In this document: positions 18,610 through 31,760 of the stretch, piece after piece
Layout: every line of letters starts with the position of its first letter
Numbering within the stretch: the first letter of the stretch is position 1
Assembly: GCA_963784465.1 (NCBI GenBank)
Contig: CAWASQ010000093.1
Span: 4,411-68,410, forward strand
Origin: an uncultured Verrucomicrobiae bacterium
GTDB taxonomy: Bacteria > Verrucomicrobiota > Verrucomicrobiia > Chthoniobacterales > Terrimicrobiaceae
DNA: 64,000 nt
Direction: 5' to 3'
The notes under the pieces: generated by a model
The model's database searches: none
Seen by the model: only the letters and a program-made list of their open reading frames with translations
What the model was told of the DNA's origin: nothing
Made by a program: the position numbers and the translations under genes

Positions 18610-19312
18610 GTTGAGTCAAGTAAATAGCCCTATCTTCTGTTGACATTAAGATATTCTCCTTAACCTCAGTCAGTCAGACTTCGGATCGAACGCAGTTGAG
18701 AGCCAGCTTGCGCAACTGACAACGATTGGTGTGACTCGTTGTGAATTGCACCCTATTTGGATAGGAAATCGCTTTTGGCCTCCGGAGCGTTGGCCCGGAG
18801 TCACGTGTTTCCATGGGCGCAGAGTGGCAAAAGAGGGCCGGAAGTCAACACCGGCTTTTTTGGGTTGCGGGCGCGACGGTGACCCGAAAGAGTTGCCACC
18901 AGGGCGTGGCCGCGATTTTTCGGCATTACCTCTTTTGGTTGGATATCGCGAAGTCCTGCGAAGACCCAGCAGCAGGAACGCCTGGAAAGCCATATTTGGT
19001 TCAGAGGCGATCCCTGGGTGACCGTAGAAGACTGTTCAGCCACGTTCGACTGCCATGTTCTGCTAGTAGAGATGCGAAACTGCCGGGGAGTGCGGTAAGC
19101 GAATCGGGCGGAGCCTCATCGCGAGCTTCAGGATTGTGGAAAGCATGGGCTTTAAGGGGCGAGCTTCGCCAGTGGGCGCAACCTCCTCCGGGATCAGAGA
19201 TTGATCGGCTTGCACACTAGCGATCGCAATCTCAGCGATGGATCGAAGAGACACTATACAGGGCGCCGAAAGGCGAGTCGTGCCTGATCTAAACTACCGG
19301 CGATACGCCTCT

Positions 19313-19359
19313 CCTGGTTTGTAATCAGTAGGTCCCCGGTTCGAATCCGGGTGCTGGCT
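19313..19359 (+). other. 3' fragment of a tRNA-Thr(TGT)-like gene
   Basis: Anticodon arm CCTGG-TTTGTAA-TCAGT, variable AGGTC, T-arm CCCGG-TTCGAAT-CCGGG, acceptor 3' strand TGCTGGC. The complementary 5' acceptor GCCAGCA is not present upstream. Confidence 0.5.
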
Positions 19360-19994
19360 CTTCCTTTTCCGACGTTTGCGGTCGATATTACCACTGGAAG
19401 AGATCTCCCTGCAGCCCGCTCAGTGCCCAGCGAGGTGCCCTCCGATCATTGCACTATAAGTTGTTCAGCGCAAATATATTGCGCGGATTGAACTTCTTCC
19501 GTGCTAGAAATCTACTCAACAGTAGCCTGCAAGTTTCGACTATCTCAGTCGTATAATGGTCATGAGCATAACTGATATTACGCCATATACGCCTATACTT
19601 TGTGCATTGATTGGAGCAATGGTAACTAGCATAGCGGCATTTGTCGCGGCAGACTAACACGGCGCACACAGGGGCTTCGGCCCTGTATTAGTGAGCCATG
19701 AGAGAAAACAAGCTCACTACACCCCCGGCCGCCTTCGGGCGGCGCTCCGATTCAAGCAAGGCGGGAAAAGGGTCCCCGCAATCGAAAACTCTCCGTCAGC
19801 ATCCGACTCATTCGCGGCCAAAATCGCACAACGCGAAGGCAAGTCAGTCGAAAGCGACAATCAGGCTTACATAGCTCTACTCCTAGGCGGAGATTAAGGA
19901 AAAAGGAACCTCCGAAACTCCCGCTAAGACGGGAGATCACATTATAGATGATCTGCTGGCGCTGACAAGCCTCCGCTCAAGCCGCCACCCTTGC

Positions 19995-20195
19995 TCATTG
20001 ATCCATCTCCTTTCCCTTCCAATAATGAGCACTTGGACTGGAATCTTCCCTCCCGTCTGTCTGCGAGGGCAGTCGCCCTTTCCTCTGTTGTAGCCGGTGG
20101 TAGAGCCGGTTGGTGAGATTCCGCTCCAACTTGTCCAGCATTCCCACGACGATCTCGCGAACCTCTTCATAGGTCAGGTCGCTGTCGCTATTCAT
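19995..20195 (-). CDS. hypothetical small protein (66 aa)
   Basis: ATG preceded by GGGAGGGAG at a 5-nt spacing. MNSDSDLTYEEVREIVVGMLDKLERNL... Hairpin CTCCCG-N6-CGGGAG at 19917-19934 lies downstream on the same strand, followed by a T-rich tract. Confidence 0.35.
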   Translation of the reverse strand: MNSDSDLTYEEVREIVVGMLDKLERNLTNRLYHRLQQRKGRLPSQTDGREDSSPSAHYWKGKEMDQ

Positions 20196-20754
20196 TTGAC
20201 TCCCTCCCTCAGGACGATTGATCGATTGATCTGTCTGACCGCGCCGGTTTGCTTGTTCGCCGCTCCGGCGTTCCATAGAGGCGAGGGTCCGGCATTTGCC
20301 TGACTGCTGCCAGCGGATGCCGAGATAGGGCCTGGCGCGGCCAATCAACTGGAAAAGCCGCCTCGCATTCGTTTCTGTGTTGGCCGGTCCGACCTGCTCG
20401 AAGGCCCTGCCCAGAATCAGCGTCAGTGGATAGTAGCCAAGGCACTTGAGGTCGCGTGTGGTCCACGGTGAGTTCTCCGTGACCTTCGGCCAATTGGTTC
20501 GCTAGTTTGATCTTCCTCTCTCGTTTTGAGGTCAGGGAGAGCCGAGCGTCGAAAAAGGACAGGCCAGCCTCTGCGCACATTTCTCATTCTCACCGGTCAG
20601 ACGAATCCGGTGCCTCCGCCGGACGTAGAGCTTCTCGTCGAGAATTCATTATCCCATGCGTTTGAAGCCGAACCCTCACCTGACAATTTTTTGCCTCAAT
20701 CGGGAGGCCTTTAGTCGCTCGATGAGATCATTAGGCAACTCACCCCGGCTGGCG

Positions 20755-20765
20755 AACTTGACTCA
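20755..20765. repeat. AACTTGACTCA, left copy of an 11-bp direct repeat flanking the transposase-like gene
   Basis: Identical 11-mer at 22619-22629. Confidence 0.7.
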
Positions 20766-20996
20766 AGCCACCGTTTGACTGATTCGCTGGAGTTATGTCC
20801 AGCACTTCTCCAAAATTTCGCAAAGATCTCTGCCGGCAAGAATCAACCCAGCGAGGCGTAGCCTCAGACCAAGCGAGATGTAGGGGAGAGAAAGGTGGCT
20901 CCGTGTGGGAAGGAACGGTGGTTGCCCACCGCAATATAGCCTCAACAAGGAGGCGGCGTTGCGCTAAAGCGCAGGTTGCAAAACCCAACGGAGCCG

Positions 20997-22616
20997 ATGA
21001 AAAATCTACCCAAGAGCGTCGCCGAACTCCAGAGCGAAAATGTGACTTTTGAGTTGGAGTGCATTGACCGAATGTATCTGAACCTCTACGTGCCGCAGTT
21101 GAGCAGCGCAGCGGGAGTGGCCTCCTATTTTCGGCACTACAAAGGGCAGAGGTTTGCTTCGACCAAAGATGCGGTGGCCATGAGCGAGGGGTTTCGCCGA
21201 GGGATGCTGGCCTTTGCGCAAGAGAGGAAGGTTCCTATTGTGCGCTTTGAGAAGGGGGTTCGCAAAGATGAGGTGATGCAGAAGGCTTTGAAGAAGTTCC
21301 GGGGGAGCCAGGGGGTGGTCTTTATCGGCATCGCGCAGGAGAAAGCCACCGTGCCGCGCACTGTGCGCAAGAAATGGGGGAGCGGCGATGGCAGCATTCC
21401 GTGGATTGATTACACGACGGCGATGGTGAACTTCTACTACTTCTACTGTGTGGACGAAGACTTTGGTCCGTTCTTCATCAAGTTTTGCTCGTATTTTCCC
21501 TACACGGGCAAGCTCTGCCTCAACGGCCATGAGTATCTTAAGAGCCAGTTGGAGAAAGCAGGGATCCGCTTTGAGGCAATGGACAACGGGCTTTTGAGGT
21601 GCGAGAAGCCGGCAGTGGCACAGCGAATCGCCGAGGGATTGAGCGAAAAGAAGATCGAGGTGTTCTTTCGCAAATGGCTGAGCAAACTGCCACACCCCTA
21701 TCCTGCGGCGGACCGCCGAGCGGGTTACCGTTACCAACTCTCAGTGCTGCAAGCGGAGTTTTCGCTAACCCAGATTTGGGATCGTCCACGGCATGGGCGG
21801 GAGTTTTTCGAGGAGGTCATCCGGGAGAACATTGATTTGGGCCGACCAGAAACGGTGCAGTTGATTTTCGCGCGCAAGCTGCGCAAGTCCACTGTGGCCG
21901 AGGGCCGATGTCGGACGCGCATCGTGACCGAGGGAGTGATCCCTTCCCTGCACGTCTACTACAAGAACACGCACCTCAAGCAGTATCACAAAACGTGCGG
22001 GCGCGGTGCGGGCCTGCGCACAGAAACCACCATCAACAATACCTACGACTTCGGGGTAGGCCGCCTCTTGGGTAACCTGCCTAAGATGCGTCGCATCGGT
22101 TTTGGGGTCAACCGCCGGATGCTTGAGTTGGAAAAAGTCAGCCACGACAGTCGGGTGGGAGCGCATGTCTTCGAAAGGTTGCAAACCCCCGCTCAGATTG
22201 AGGGCCAGCGTGCTTCGGCGTTGCGATTTGGCGACGCGCGCGTGCAGGCCCTTTTTGCAGTGCTCTTGTTGCTATGCCTCCAGGTCGAAGGCTTCCGTAA
22301 CCGCCAGCTGCGGCCATTACTTGCGCAGATGCTCGCGGTGGAGGAAAGCAAGATCAAGCAGGGCCGAGTCAGCTACGAGCTGCGCCGACTGCGATTGCAC
22401 GGCTTGATCGAGCGCATTGAGAAGACTCACCGATACCGCCTGACAGGCCAAGGACTGCGCACGGTCGTCTTCTATCAGCGCGCCTATGCACGCTTGCTGC
22501 GCCCAGGACTCTCGATCCTAAATGACAAATCACGCAATCACCACTCACGCCTCCACATCGCCTTTGATAAACTTCAAACAGAAATCGATGCTTATATTAG
22601 CTTACAAGCCGCCTGA
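20997..22616 (+). CDS. conserved transposase-like protein of unnamed family with C-terminal winged-helix-like segment
   Basis: 539 aa from an ATG with GGAG 5 nt upstream (the ORF track starts at TTG 20976). Motifs IDRMYLNLYVPQL, VVFIGIAQEKA, NFYYFYCVDEDFGPFFIKFCSYFPY, LNGHEYLKSQLEKAGIRFEAMDNG. C-terminal VSYELRRLRLHGLIERIEKTHRYRLTGQGL. A paralog starts at 63373. Confidence 0.7.
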   Translation: MKNLPKSVAELQSENVTFELECIDRMYLNLYVPQLSSAAGVASYFRHYKGQRFASTKDAVAMSEGFRRGMLAFAQERKVPIVRFEKGVRKDEVMQKALKKFRGSQGVVFIGIAQEKATVPRTVRKKWGSGDGSIPWIDYTTAMVNFYYFYCVDEDFGPFFIKFCSYFPYTGKLCLNGHEYLKSQLEKAGIRFEAMDNGLLRCEKPAVAQRIAEGLSEKKIEVFFRKWLSKLPHPYPAADRRAGYRYQLSVLQAEFSLTQIWDRPRHGREFFEEVIRENIDLGRPETVQLIFARKLRKSTVAEGRCRTRIVTEGVIPSLHVYYKNTHLKQYHKTCGRGAGLRTETTINNTYDFGVGRLLGNLPKMRRIGFGVNRRMLELEKVSHDSRVGAHVFERLQTPAQIEGQRASALRFGDARVQALFAVLLLLCLQVEGFRNRQLRPLLAQMLAVEESKIKQGRVSYELRRLRLHGLIERIEKTHRYRLTGQGLRTVVFYQRAYARLLRPGLSILNDKSRNHHSRLHIAFDKLQTEIDAYISLQAA

Positions 22617-22618
22617 AA

Positions 22619-22629
22619 AACTTGACTCA
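22619..22629. repeat. AACTTGACTCA, right copy of the 11-bp direct repeat
   Basis: Starts 3 bp after the stop codon of the 20997-22616 gene. Identical to 20755-20765. Confidence 0.7.
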
Positions 22630-22699
22630 CACGTACCGACTTCGTCGGTTCAAGGACTCTAGTCTGGTTGCCGTCTTGACGGCAAGGCTCTCCGCTGAG

Positions 22700-23316
22700 G
22701 CTATGGAGAGCTTGGGGCTGGCGCGTTCCGTCTTTTCGCGGGTTCACTCATTGCGCTCGTGGCGCTGGCGATTCGCACGCAGGTGCGTGAGACGCCTCTC
22801 TTCGACGAGCCTTCGTGCCGGTATACCTTGTATCGTTTGTCAACGTCGACCACGCCGCGGCAATGCGCGTTGGACGTGGCAAGCGCTTTCAACGTCGCGT
22901 TCATCGCGATCCCCGCATGGGTCTCGGACAAGGTCGGACGCAAGCCGTTGCTTATTGCCGGATGCATAGGGTTCTTACTCCTTAGCTGTCCCTTCTACGT
23001 CCTGCTTTCGAGCAGAAGTATGGTTTCAATGCTCGTCGCTGCGGTCGGCTTCGTTGTCCTGGCTGCGTGCTTCATGGGACCTGCTATGACTGCGGCGCTG
23101 GAGCATTTCTCGACCACAGTGCGCTTTAGTGGCTTCGCTTTCGGCTACAACGTCGGCTCAGGACTTTTTGGAGGCACTACGCCCCTGGTGGCTGGCTGGC
23201 TGATTCACGCCACCGGCTCGCTGATCTCGCCGAGCTACTATATCATGGCGGCTTCTGCCATTTTTCTCGGGTTGTGTTTTCGGTTAAGGAAAACGCGAGG
23301 GGTTGAGGTAAGGTAA
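22700..23316 (+). pseudogene. MFS (metabolite:H+ symporter-like) transporter, C-terminal half only, frameshifted
   Basis: GWRVP... and LALAIRTQVRETPLFDE lie in adjacent frames. TM7-12-like sequence follows (SDKVGRKPLLIAGCIGFLLL...GYNVGSGLFGGTTPLVAGWL). No N-terminal half is present. Confidence 0.6.
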
Positions 23317-23604
23317 AGCGCAGGTGCTGGAGCACTTCGGGTAGCGGGAACGGAATGCAAGCGAGTGTGGCTTGTTAAGTGTTTTGACGCGCGTGTGCCC
23401 GATGCACTGGAAGCGAATTATCTGAGCACAATGAATAAAGGCAGTTCGCAAAGAGCGCGGCGGCCGTTGCCGTTCTTCCGATTGGCGGCTCACAGCTATC
23501 CGAAACCGCTGCGGAACGCGTAGCGGCAAGGGCGTGTCACCGCTTCAAGATCAGACAGTCCGTGGTCTCAAAAGCGCCCGCCGCGATGAAGATGGGGAAG
23601 GGCG

Positions 23605-24495
23605 TCAGCATCTGCGCGAGCCGGCGAGCATTGCTCCGCCGATCAGCACGAACCCGCCCGTCGCGCGGATCGAGTCGCCCCCCACCAGGATAGCGCCGCT
23701 ACCCCGGCGCGCGCGCTTCGTCGCGCACACGATCGCCCATCGCACCGTGAACCAGAGCTTGCCCGTATCGTCCCGCCACACGCGGCGCCCCCCAAACCGG
23801 CGCGTGCCGATCGCGTCCGCGAGCAGTTCGCGCGTCTTGCGGGCGTCCTCAGCCGGCTGGTCGGCGCGCGCGATCCAGTCGTGCACGTCGATGTCGTAGT
23901 CGATTGTCTCGAGGCGGTCGGCGACAAGGCCGGCGAGACCCGCGTAGTGGAAGAGCTCCGAGGGCGGGAGCGCGCGTGTGTGGCTCGGATCGCGCAAGCG
24001 CTCGACGAGATTGTGGTAGGCGGACTCCTCGGTGACCTCGGACGTGATCATGTCGAACAGTGCGAGCCGCCCGCCCGGCTGCAGCGCGCGCGCCATCTGT
24101 TGGATCGCGCGGCGCGGGTCGCTCATGTGGTGGAGCGCGAGGCGCGAGAGCGCGAGGTCGAACGACGCCGCCTCGAACGGCAGCGCAAGAGCGTCGCCGA
24201 CCTCGAAGCGCGCGTTCGCGATCCCTGCGGCGCGCGCGATATCGGCCGCCTTCGCGACCATCGCCGGCGTGAGGTCGACGCCGACGTACTCGCGGACGTG
24301 CGGCGCGAATGCCTTCGCAAGGAGCCCCGGCCCGCAGCCGACGTCGAGCACGCGCTCGTCGCCGCGCGGCGCGACCGTCCCGACGTAGCGCGCGACGGGC
24401 TCGGGCTGGTTCACGTGCGGGGACGTGACGAAGCGGTCGACCTGCGCCGTGAACTGCTCGACCACGTCGCTCTTCGCTTTCTCGAGGCCCGACAT
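23605..24495 (-). CDS. class I SAM-dependent methyltransferase
   Basis: VLDVGCGPGLLA motif I, LPFEAASFDLALSRLALHH, LQPGGRLALFD. Confidence 0.85.
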   Translation of the reverse strand: MSGLEKAKSDVVEQFTAQVDRFVTSPHVNQPEPVARYVGTVAPRGDERVLDVGCGPGLLAKAFAPHVREYVGVDLTPAMVAKAADIARAAGIANARFEVGDALALPFEAASFDLALSRLALHHMSDPRRAIQQMARALQPGGRLALFDMITSEVTEESAYHNLVERLRDPSHTRALPPSELFHYAGLAGLVADRLETIDYDIDVHDWIARADQPAEDARKTRELLADAIGTRRFGGRRVWRDDTGKLWFTVRWAIVCATKRARRGSGAILVGGDSIRATGGFVLIGGAMLAGSRRC

Positions 24496-24901
24496 GCGGC
24501 CATTTTCGCGTAGTCAGGGACGGCCGTCAACCGCCGCCGGGTCGGTGAAGGTTAAGCCTTCGCCGGAAAAGCTGATCGGTCTCTTATCAGCCAGGAACGG
24601 CAGCTTCTCGAAGCAATGTCCGTCCTTGGCGAGCCCGTTCAAAACTGCGCGAAAGCCTCGGTTGAGAAGGCGCACCAGCGCCCGGGGGGGTGTCAATGGC
24701 GCATACACGCCTCGTTTGCTACTGTTTTCAGACTTTAAGACAGATTGCCGTCGCCAGCCAACTTGGGAAAGCGCAGCGGGGCCGGTGATAGAGATCCCGG
24801 AGCGGCTCAGTCAATCACCCGCTCATAGGGTTGCAGGCCCTCAAGGGCGAGCTAACTCGTCAACACGCAGAGTGGAAGCGGCACTACCGGTTCGGCAACA
24901 C

Positions 24902-28030
<3,129 letters not shown>

Positions 28031-28142
28031 TCACCGGTGGTCCGGGAAATAACTCCTCTGTTCGACGGTTCCGTCTACGACGCTTTCGAGGCCCGGCTCG
28101 CTGCCTCCTCGCGATCTGTCAACTCGCCTCGGCGCCTGATAG

Positions 28143-29237
28143 TCAGAGGGCGACAGACTTGCCATCGGTGTCGAACAAATGCGCGTCTTTTTCAGCGAAA
28201 TCGAATCCTATCGTATCACCGTGTTTATACTCTTGGAATCCGTTGATGCTAACTGTGATGCGATTCCCTCCCGGGGTCACTCCGTGCAAATAGGTAATGT
28301 CTCCCAGAACTTCGACCACCTCGATCTCGATCACCCCTTTGCCTTCATTTTGCTGGTTTACCACAATGTGCTCGGGTCGAATTCCCAGAGTGAATTCCTT
28401 GCCGCTTTGAATCGGAGGGGCATTTGGCGCCTCGAGAATGACGTGCCCCTGCGGGAAATCCGGTGCTTCCAGCCGGACGTTCTTCCCATCACTGCTTGCA
28501 GACCGAATTTTCAGGAAGTTCATTTTCGGAGAACCCATGAAGCCCGCAACGAAGAGATTTGCCGGTTTCAGGTAGAGATCCATTGGTCTCCCGACTTGCT
28601 CGATTTGGCCGAGATTGAGAATGACGATCTTGTCCGCAAGCGTCATCGCTTCGACTTGGTCGTGCGTCACATAGATCATGGTGGTCTTCAGATCATAATG
28701 GAGCTTCGAGATTTCGATCCGCATTTGGACGCGCAATTCGGCGTCAAGGTTGGAGAGGGGTTCGTCAAATAAAAAGACTTTCGGCTCTCGGACGATCGCT
28801 CGGCCGATCGCCACCCGCTGACGCTGGCCACCCGATAGTTGTTTCGGACGACGACTAAGGAGCGGCGTCAAATGCAGAATATCGGCCGCGTGGTCGACTC
28901 GCTTCTTGATCTCTGGCTTTGGGAGGCCGGCCATGCGCAATCCGAAGCTCATGTTCTCTTCGACCGTCATGTGCGGGTAAAGCGCGTAGGTCTGAAAAAC
29001 CATCGCGACACCGCGCGCGGCTGGCTCCACGTCGTTGACAACTCGATCACCGATCCGGAGCTCACCATCCGTCAATTCCTCGAGACCCGCGATCATCCGA
29101 AGGAGGGTCGATTTTCCGCAACCGGAGGGACCCACGAACACGACGAATTCTCCGTCCAGAATTTCGAGATCAACGCCGTGGATGATCTCAACTTGACCGA
29201 ATCGTTTGACTACCTTTCGCAGGGTTAGTTCTGCCAT
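28143..29237 (-). CDS. sugar ABC transporter ATP-binding protein (MalK/UgpC/MsmK type)
   Basis: Walker A GPSGCGKST, signature LSGGQRQR, Walker B VFLFDEPLSNLD, C-terminal regulatory domain. Confidence 0.93.
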   Translation of the reverse strand: MAELTLRKVVKRFGQVEIIHGVDLEILDGEFVVFVGPSGCGKSTLLRMIAGLEELTDGELRIGDRVVNDVEPAARGVAMVFQTYALYPHMTVEENMSFGLRMAGLPKPEIKKRVDHAADILHLTPLLSRRPKQLSGGQRQRVAIGRAIVREPKVFLFDEPLSNLDAELRVQMRIEISKLHYDLKTTMIYVTHDQVEAMTLADKIVILNLGQIEQVGRPMDLYLKPANLFVAGFMGSPKMNFLKIRSASSDGKNVRLEAPDFPQGHVILEAPNAPPIQSGKEFTLGIRPEHIVVNQQNEGKGVIEIEVVEVLGDITYLHGVTPGGNRITVSINGFQEYKHGDTIGFDFAEKDAHLFDTDGKSVAL

Positions 29238-29529
29238 AAGCGCCTGAGCCTAGTTAAGGGGAGTTGTTTTCCAAGGAGAGAGGGGAAGTCATACGATATC
29301 CCATTTTTTCCTTTTCAAATTTGGGACGATCGGGAGAGAATGGTGCAGAAGTCAAGCACGATGCACGAAATAATTCGAGGAGTGCGGAGTTTTGCATGCC
29401 GATTTTCGGGCCACTTGCGCGAGCTAGGATCGCTCGCGCGAGCTCGTCATGACAACGTCGTGACTCGCGGACAATGATCCTTGAAATCATTTTCCAGCCT
29501 TCCCAGAAGAAGTCAACTCCCCCAAACCA

Positions 29530-30768
29530 ATGATGAAGAAAACACTCGTCTTTCTCACAACGCTTACACTTTTAACTGCGATCACCGTTCAGGCCGATAA
29601 GCTGGTCATCAACTCAAACCAGTCCAATCCGGCCGGGAAAGCGCTTTTCACTGAGCTCGTCGAAGAGTTTAAGAAGCAAAACCCCGACTTGGAGGTCGTA
29701 TTCAATACGACCGATCACGAAGGCTACAAGACGGCGATTCGAAATTGGCTAACGACGGAACCGCCGGACATTGTCTTTTGGTTTTCGGGCAATCGCATGA
29801 AGGCTTTCGTCGATCGCGGCTTGTTCGACGACGTCTCGGACCTCTGGACGAAGAACAAATGGGACGAGGAATTCAAGACGACACTTTCGGCCATGACCGT
29901 CGACGGAAAACAGTGGGGTATTCCGACAACTTACTCGTTCTGGGGTGTTTTCTATCGCAAGGACATTTTCGAGAAACTAGGCATAGCCGTTCCCAAGACA
30001 TGGGAGGAATTCGTCGCGGCGGCAAACAAGCTCAAGGAAAATGGCATAATCCCTTTTACGATCGGCACGAAAGACGTTTGGACCCCGGCAGGTTGGTTTG
30101 ACATTCTGAACATGCGCATCAACGGATACGATTTTCACATTGAGCTCATGGACGGGAAGGTCTCCTACTCGGATGAAAGGGTCAAAGCAGTCTTCGCAAA
30201 GTGGAAGGAATTGGTGGACGGCAAATTCTACCTGCCAAATAACACCACCTACACTTGGCAGGAGAGCCTGTCCTTTCTCCTGAATGGCAAGGCCGCGATG
30301 ATTCTGATCGGCAGCTTCCTCGGACAAGCGGTCCCGCCGGATATGAAAGACAAAATAGGCTTTTTCCCATTCCCGACGATCAAGGCAGACGTTGCTGCCG
30401 GGGAAGATGCTCCGGTTGACAGTATGCATATTCCGGCGAAAGCCAAAAACAAAGCGGGTGCGCGCAAGTTTTTGGAATTTATTGCCACTCCCGCAGTTCA
30501 AGAAAAGATGGCCGTTGGGCTCGCCTCCTTGCCTGCAAACGTGAACGCCAAGCCGCCTGAGGATCCCCTTTTCCTGGCAGGCATCGAACTTCTGAAGAAT
30601 GCCAAGTCGGCGCAATACTATGATCGCGATACGGATCCTGAAATGGCGACCGAGGGAATGAAAGGCTTTCAGGAATTCATGGCTTTCCCGGACCGGATCG
30701 ACCAGATATTGAAACGGCTGGACAAGGTCGAACAGCGGATATTCAAGGACAAAAAGGCGGCACAGTAA
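29530..30768 (+). CDS. ABC transporter extracellular solute-binding protein (carbohydrate type)
   Basis: 412 aa with signal peptide MMKKTLVFLTTLTLLTAITVQA. Precedes two permease genes. Confidence 0.88.
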   Translation: MMKKTLVFLTTLTLLTAITVQADKLVINSNQSNPAGKALFTELVEEFKKQNPDLEVVFNTTDHEGYKTAIRNWLTTEPPDIVFWFSGNRMKAFVDRGLFDDVSDLWTKNKWDEEFKTTLSAMTVDGKQWGIPTTYSFWGVFYRKDIFEKLGIAVPKTWEEFVAAANKLKENGIIPFTIGTKDVWTPAGWFDILNMRINGYDFHIELMDGKVSYSDERVKAVFAKWKELVDGKFYLPNNTTYTWQESLSFLLNGKAAMILIGSFLGQAVPPDMKDKIGFFPFPTIKADVAAGEDAPVDSMHIPAKAKNKAGARKFLEFIATPAVQEKMAVGLASLPANVNAKPPEDPLFLAGIELLKNAKSAQYYDRDTDPEMATEGMKGFQEFMAFPDRIDQILKRLDKVEQRIFKDKKAAQ

Positions 30769-30836
30769 AGCGGGCGAAGGGTGCAGTCCAAATAGATCGC
30801 CTGCGATTCGCAATGCTCTTTTCAATCTAAGATAAC

Positions 30837-31760
30837 GTGAACTCGCAAAGCGTCACCAGCCAGGCGGGTGCTGTCCAACCGAAGAGGCGGCGCCACGTGG
30901 GCCGACATGACCTTGCGCCGTGGCTCTTCCTCGCGCCGGCGGCTATCATCTTCGCCGTTTATGTGGTGATTCCGATCTTTCAGTCTTTCTGGCTCAGTCT
31001 GTTTGAATGGGACGGGATTACTGTCGACAAGCAATTCATCGGTCTGGACAACTACCGGCAGCTTTTTCAGGATGAGCAATTTTGGACGTCCCTTCGAAAT
31101 AACGTTTACTGGCTGGTCCTCTTTTTGCTTGGGCCAGTTGGCGGAGTGGCGCTAGCGATTTTTCTCAACCAGCAGGTCCCCGGAATGCGGCTCGCAAAAT
31201 CGCTGTTCTTTTTTCCGTTCGTCCTCTCATCGGTTGTCATCGGGCTGGTTTTCTCCTGGTTTTACGATCCGGAGCACGGTCTCCTAAACGTCGTGTTGGG
31301 ATTCTTCGGCATCCCGGCCATCGCGCCGCTTTCGGATCCCAACACGGTCACGTTCGCGATCATTGCTGCGGGATTATGGCCGCAAGTTTCCTACTGCATG
31401 ATTCTTTTCCTTGCGGGTCTCACCGCGGTTGATCCCGAACAGATCGAGGCCGGACGCCTGGATGGCGCTAAGGGATTTCGAATGTTCTGGCATATCATTA
31501 TGCCGCAACTCAGACCCGCGACATTTATCGCAGTCGTAATCACGGTTGTCGGTGCGCTTCGATCGTTCGATTTGGTGCAAGTGATGACGGACGGCGGGCC
31601 GTACGGCAGTTCGTCGATCTTGGCTTATTTCATGTTTCAGCAATCGATCACCAATTTTCGCATGGGCTACGGAGCGGCAATTGCAGTGGTCCTGTTCCTT
31701 ATCATGTCAGTTTTCATTGCGTTCTTTCTCTGGCGGATGATTAAAACCGAAGAACACTAA
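30837..31760 (+). CDS. carbohydrate ABC transporter permease
   Basis: Multi-TM protein with EAA-like loop IEAGRLDGAKGFRMFWHIIMP. The GTG start is uncertain. Confidence 0.88.
   Translation: MNSQSVTSQAGAVQPKRRRHVGRHDLAPWLFLAPAAIIFAVYVVIPIFQSFWLSLFEWDGITVDKQFIGLDNYRQLFQDEQFWTSLRNNVYWLVLFLLGPVGGVALAIFLNQQVPGMRLAKSLFFFPFVLSSVVIGLVFSWFYDPEHGLLNVVLGFFGIPAIAPLSDPNTVTFAIIAAGLWPQVSYCMILFLAGLTAVDPEQIEAGRLDGAKGFRMFWHIIMPQLRPATFIAVVITVVGALRSFDLVQVMTDGGPYGSSSILAYFMFQQSITNFRMGYGAAIAVVLFLIMSVFIAFFLWRMIKTEEH

Noticed and set aside
19287-19359. Full-length tRNA-Thr
   Set aside because: The 5' acceptor strand complementary to TGCTGGC and a proper D-arm are absent upstream. It is kept only as a 3' fragment.
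19930-20720. Possible transposase or integrase remnants on the minus strand (…ARRLFQLIGRARPYLGIRWQQSGK…, …KLYVRRRHRIRLTGENEK…)
   Set aside because: The pieces are protein-like and lie in several frames, but I could not match them to a specific family. Only the 66-aa ORF with a strong RBS was kept, at low confidence.
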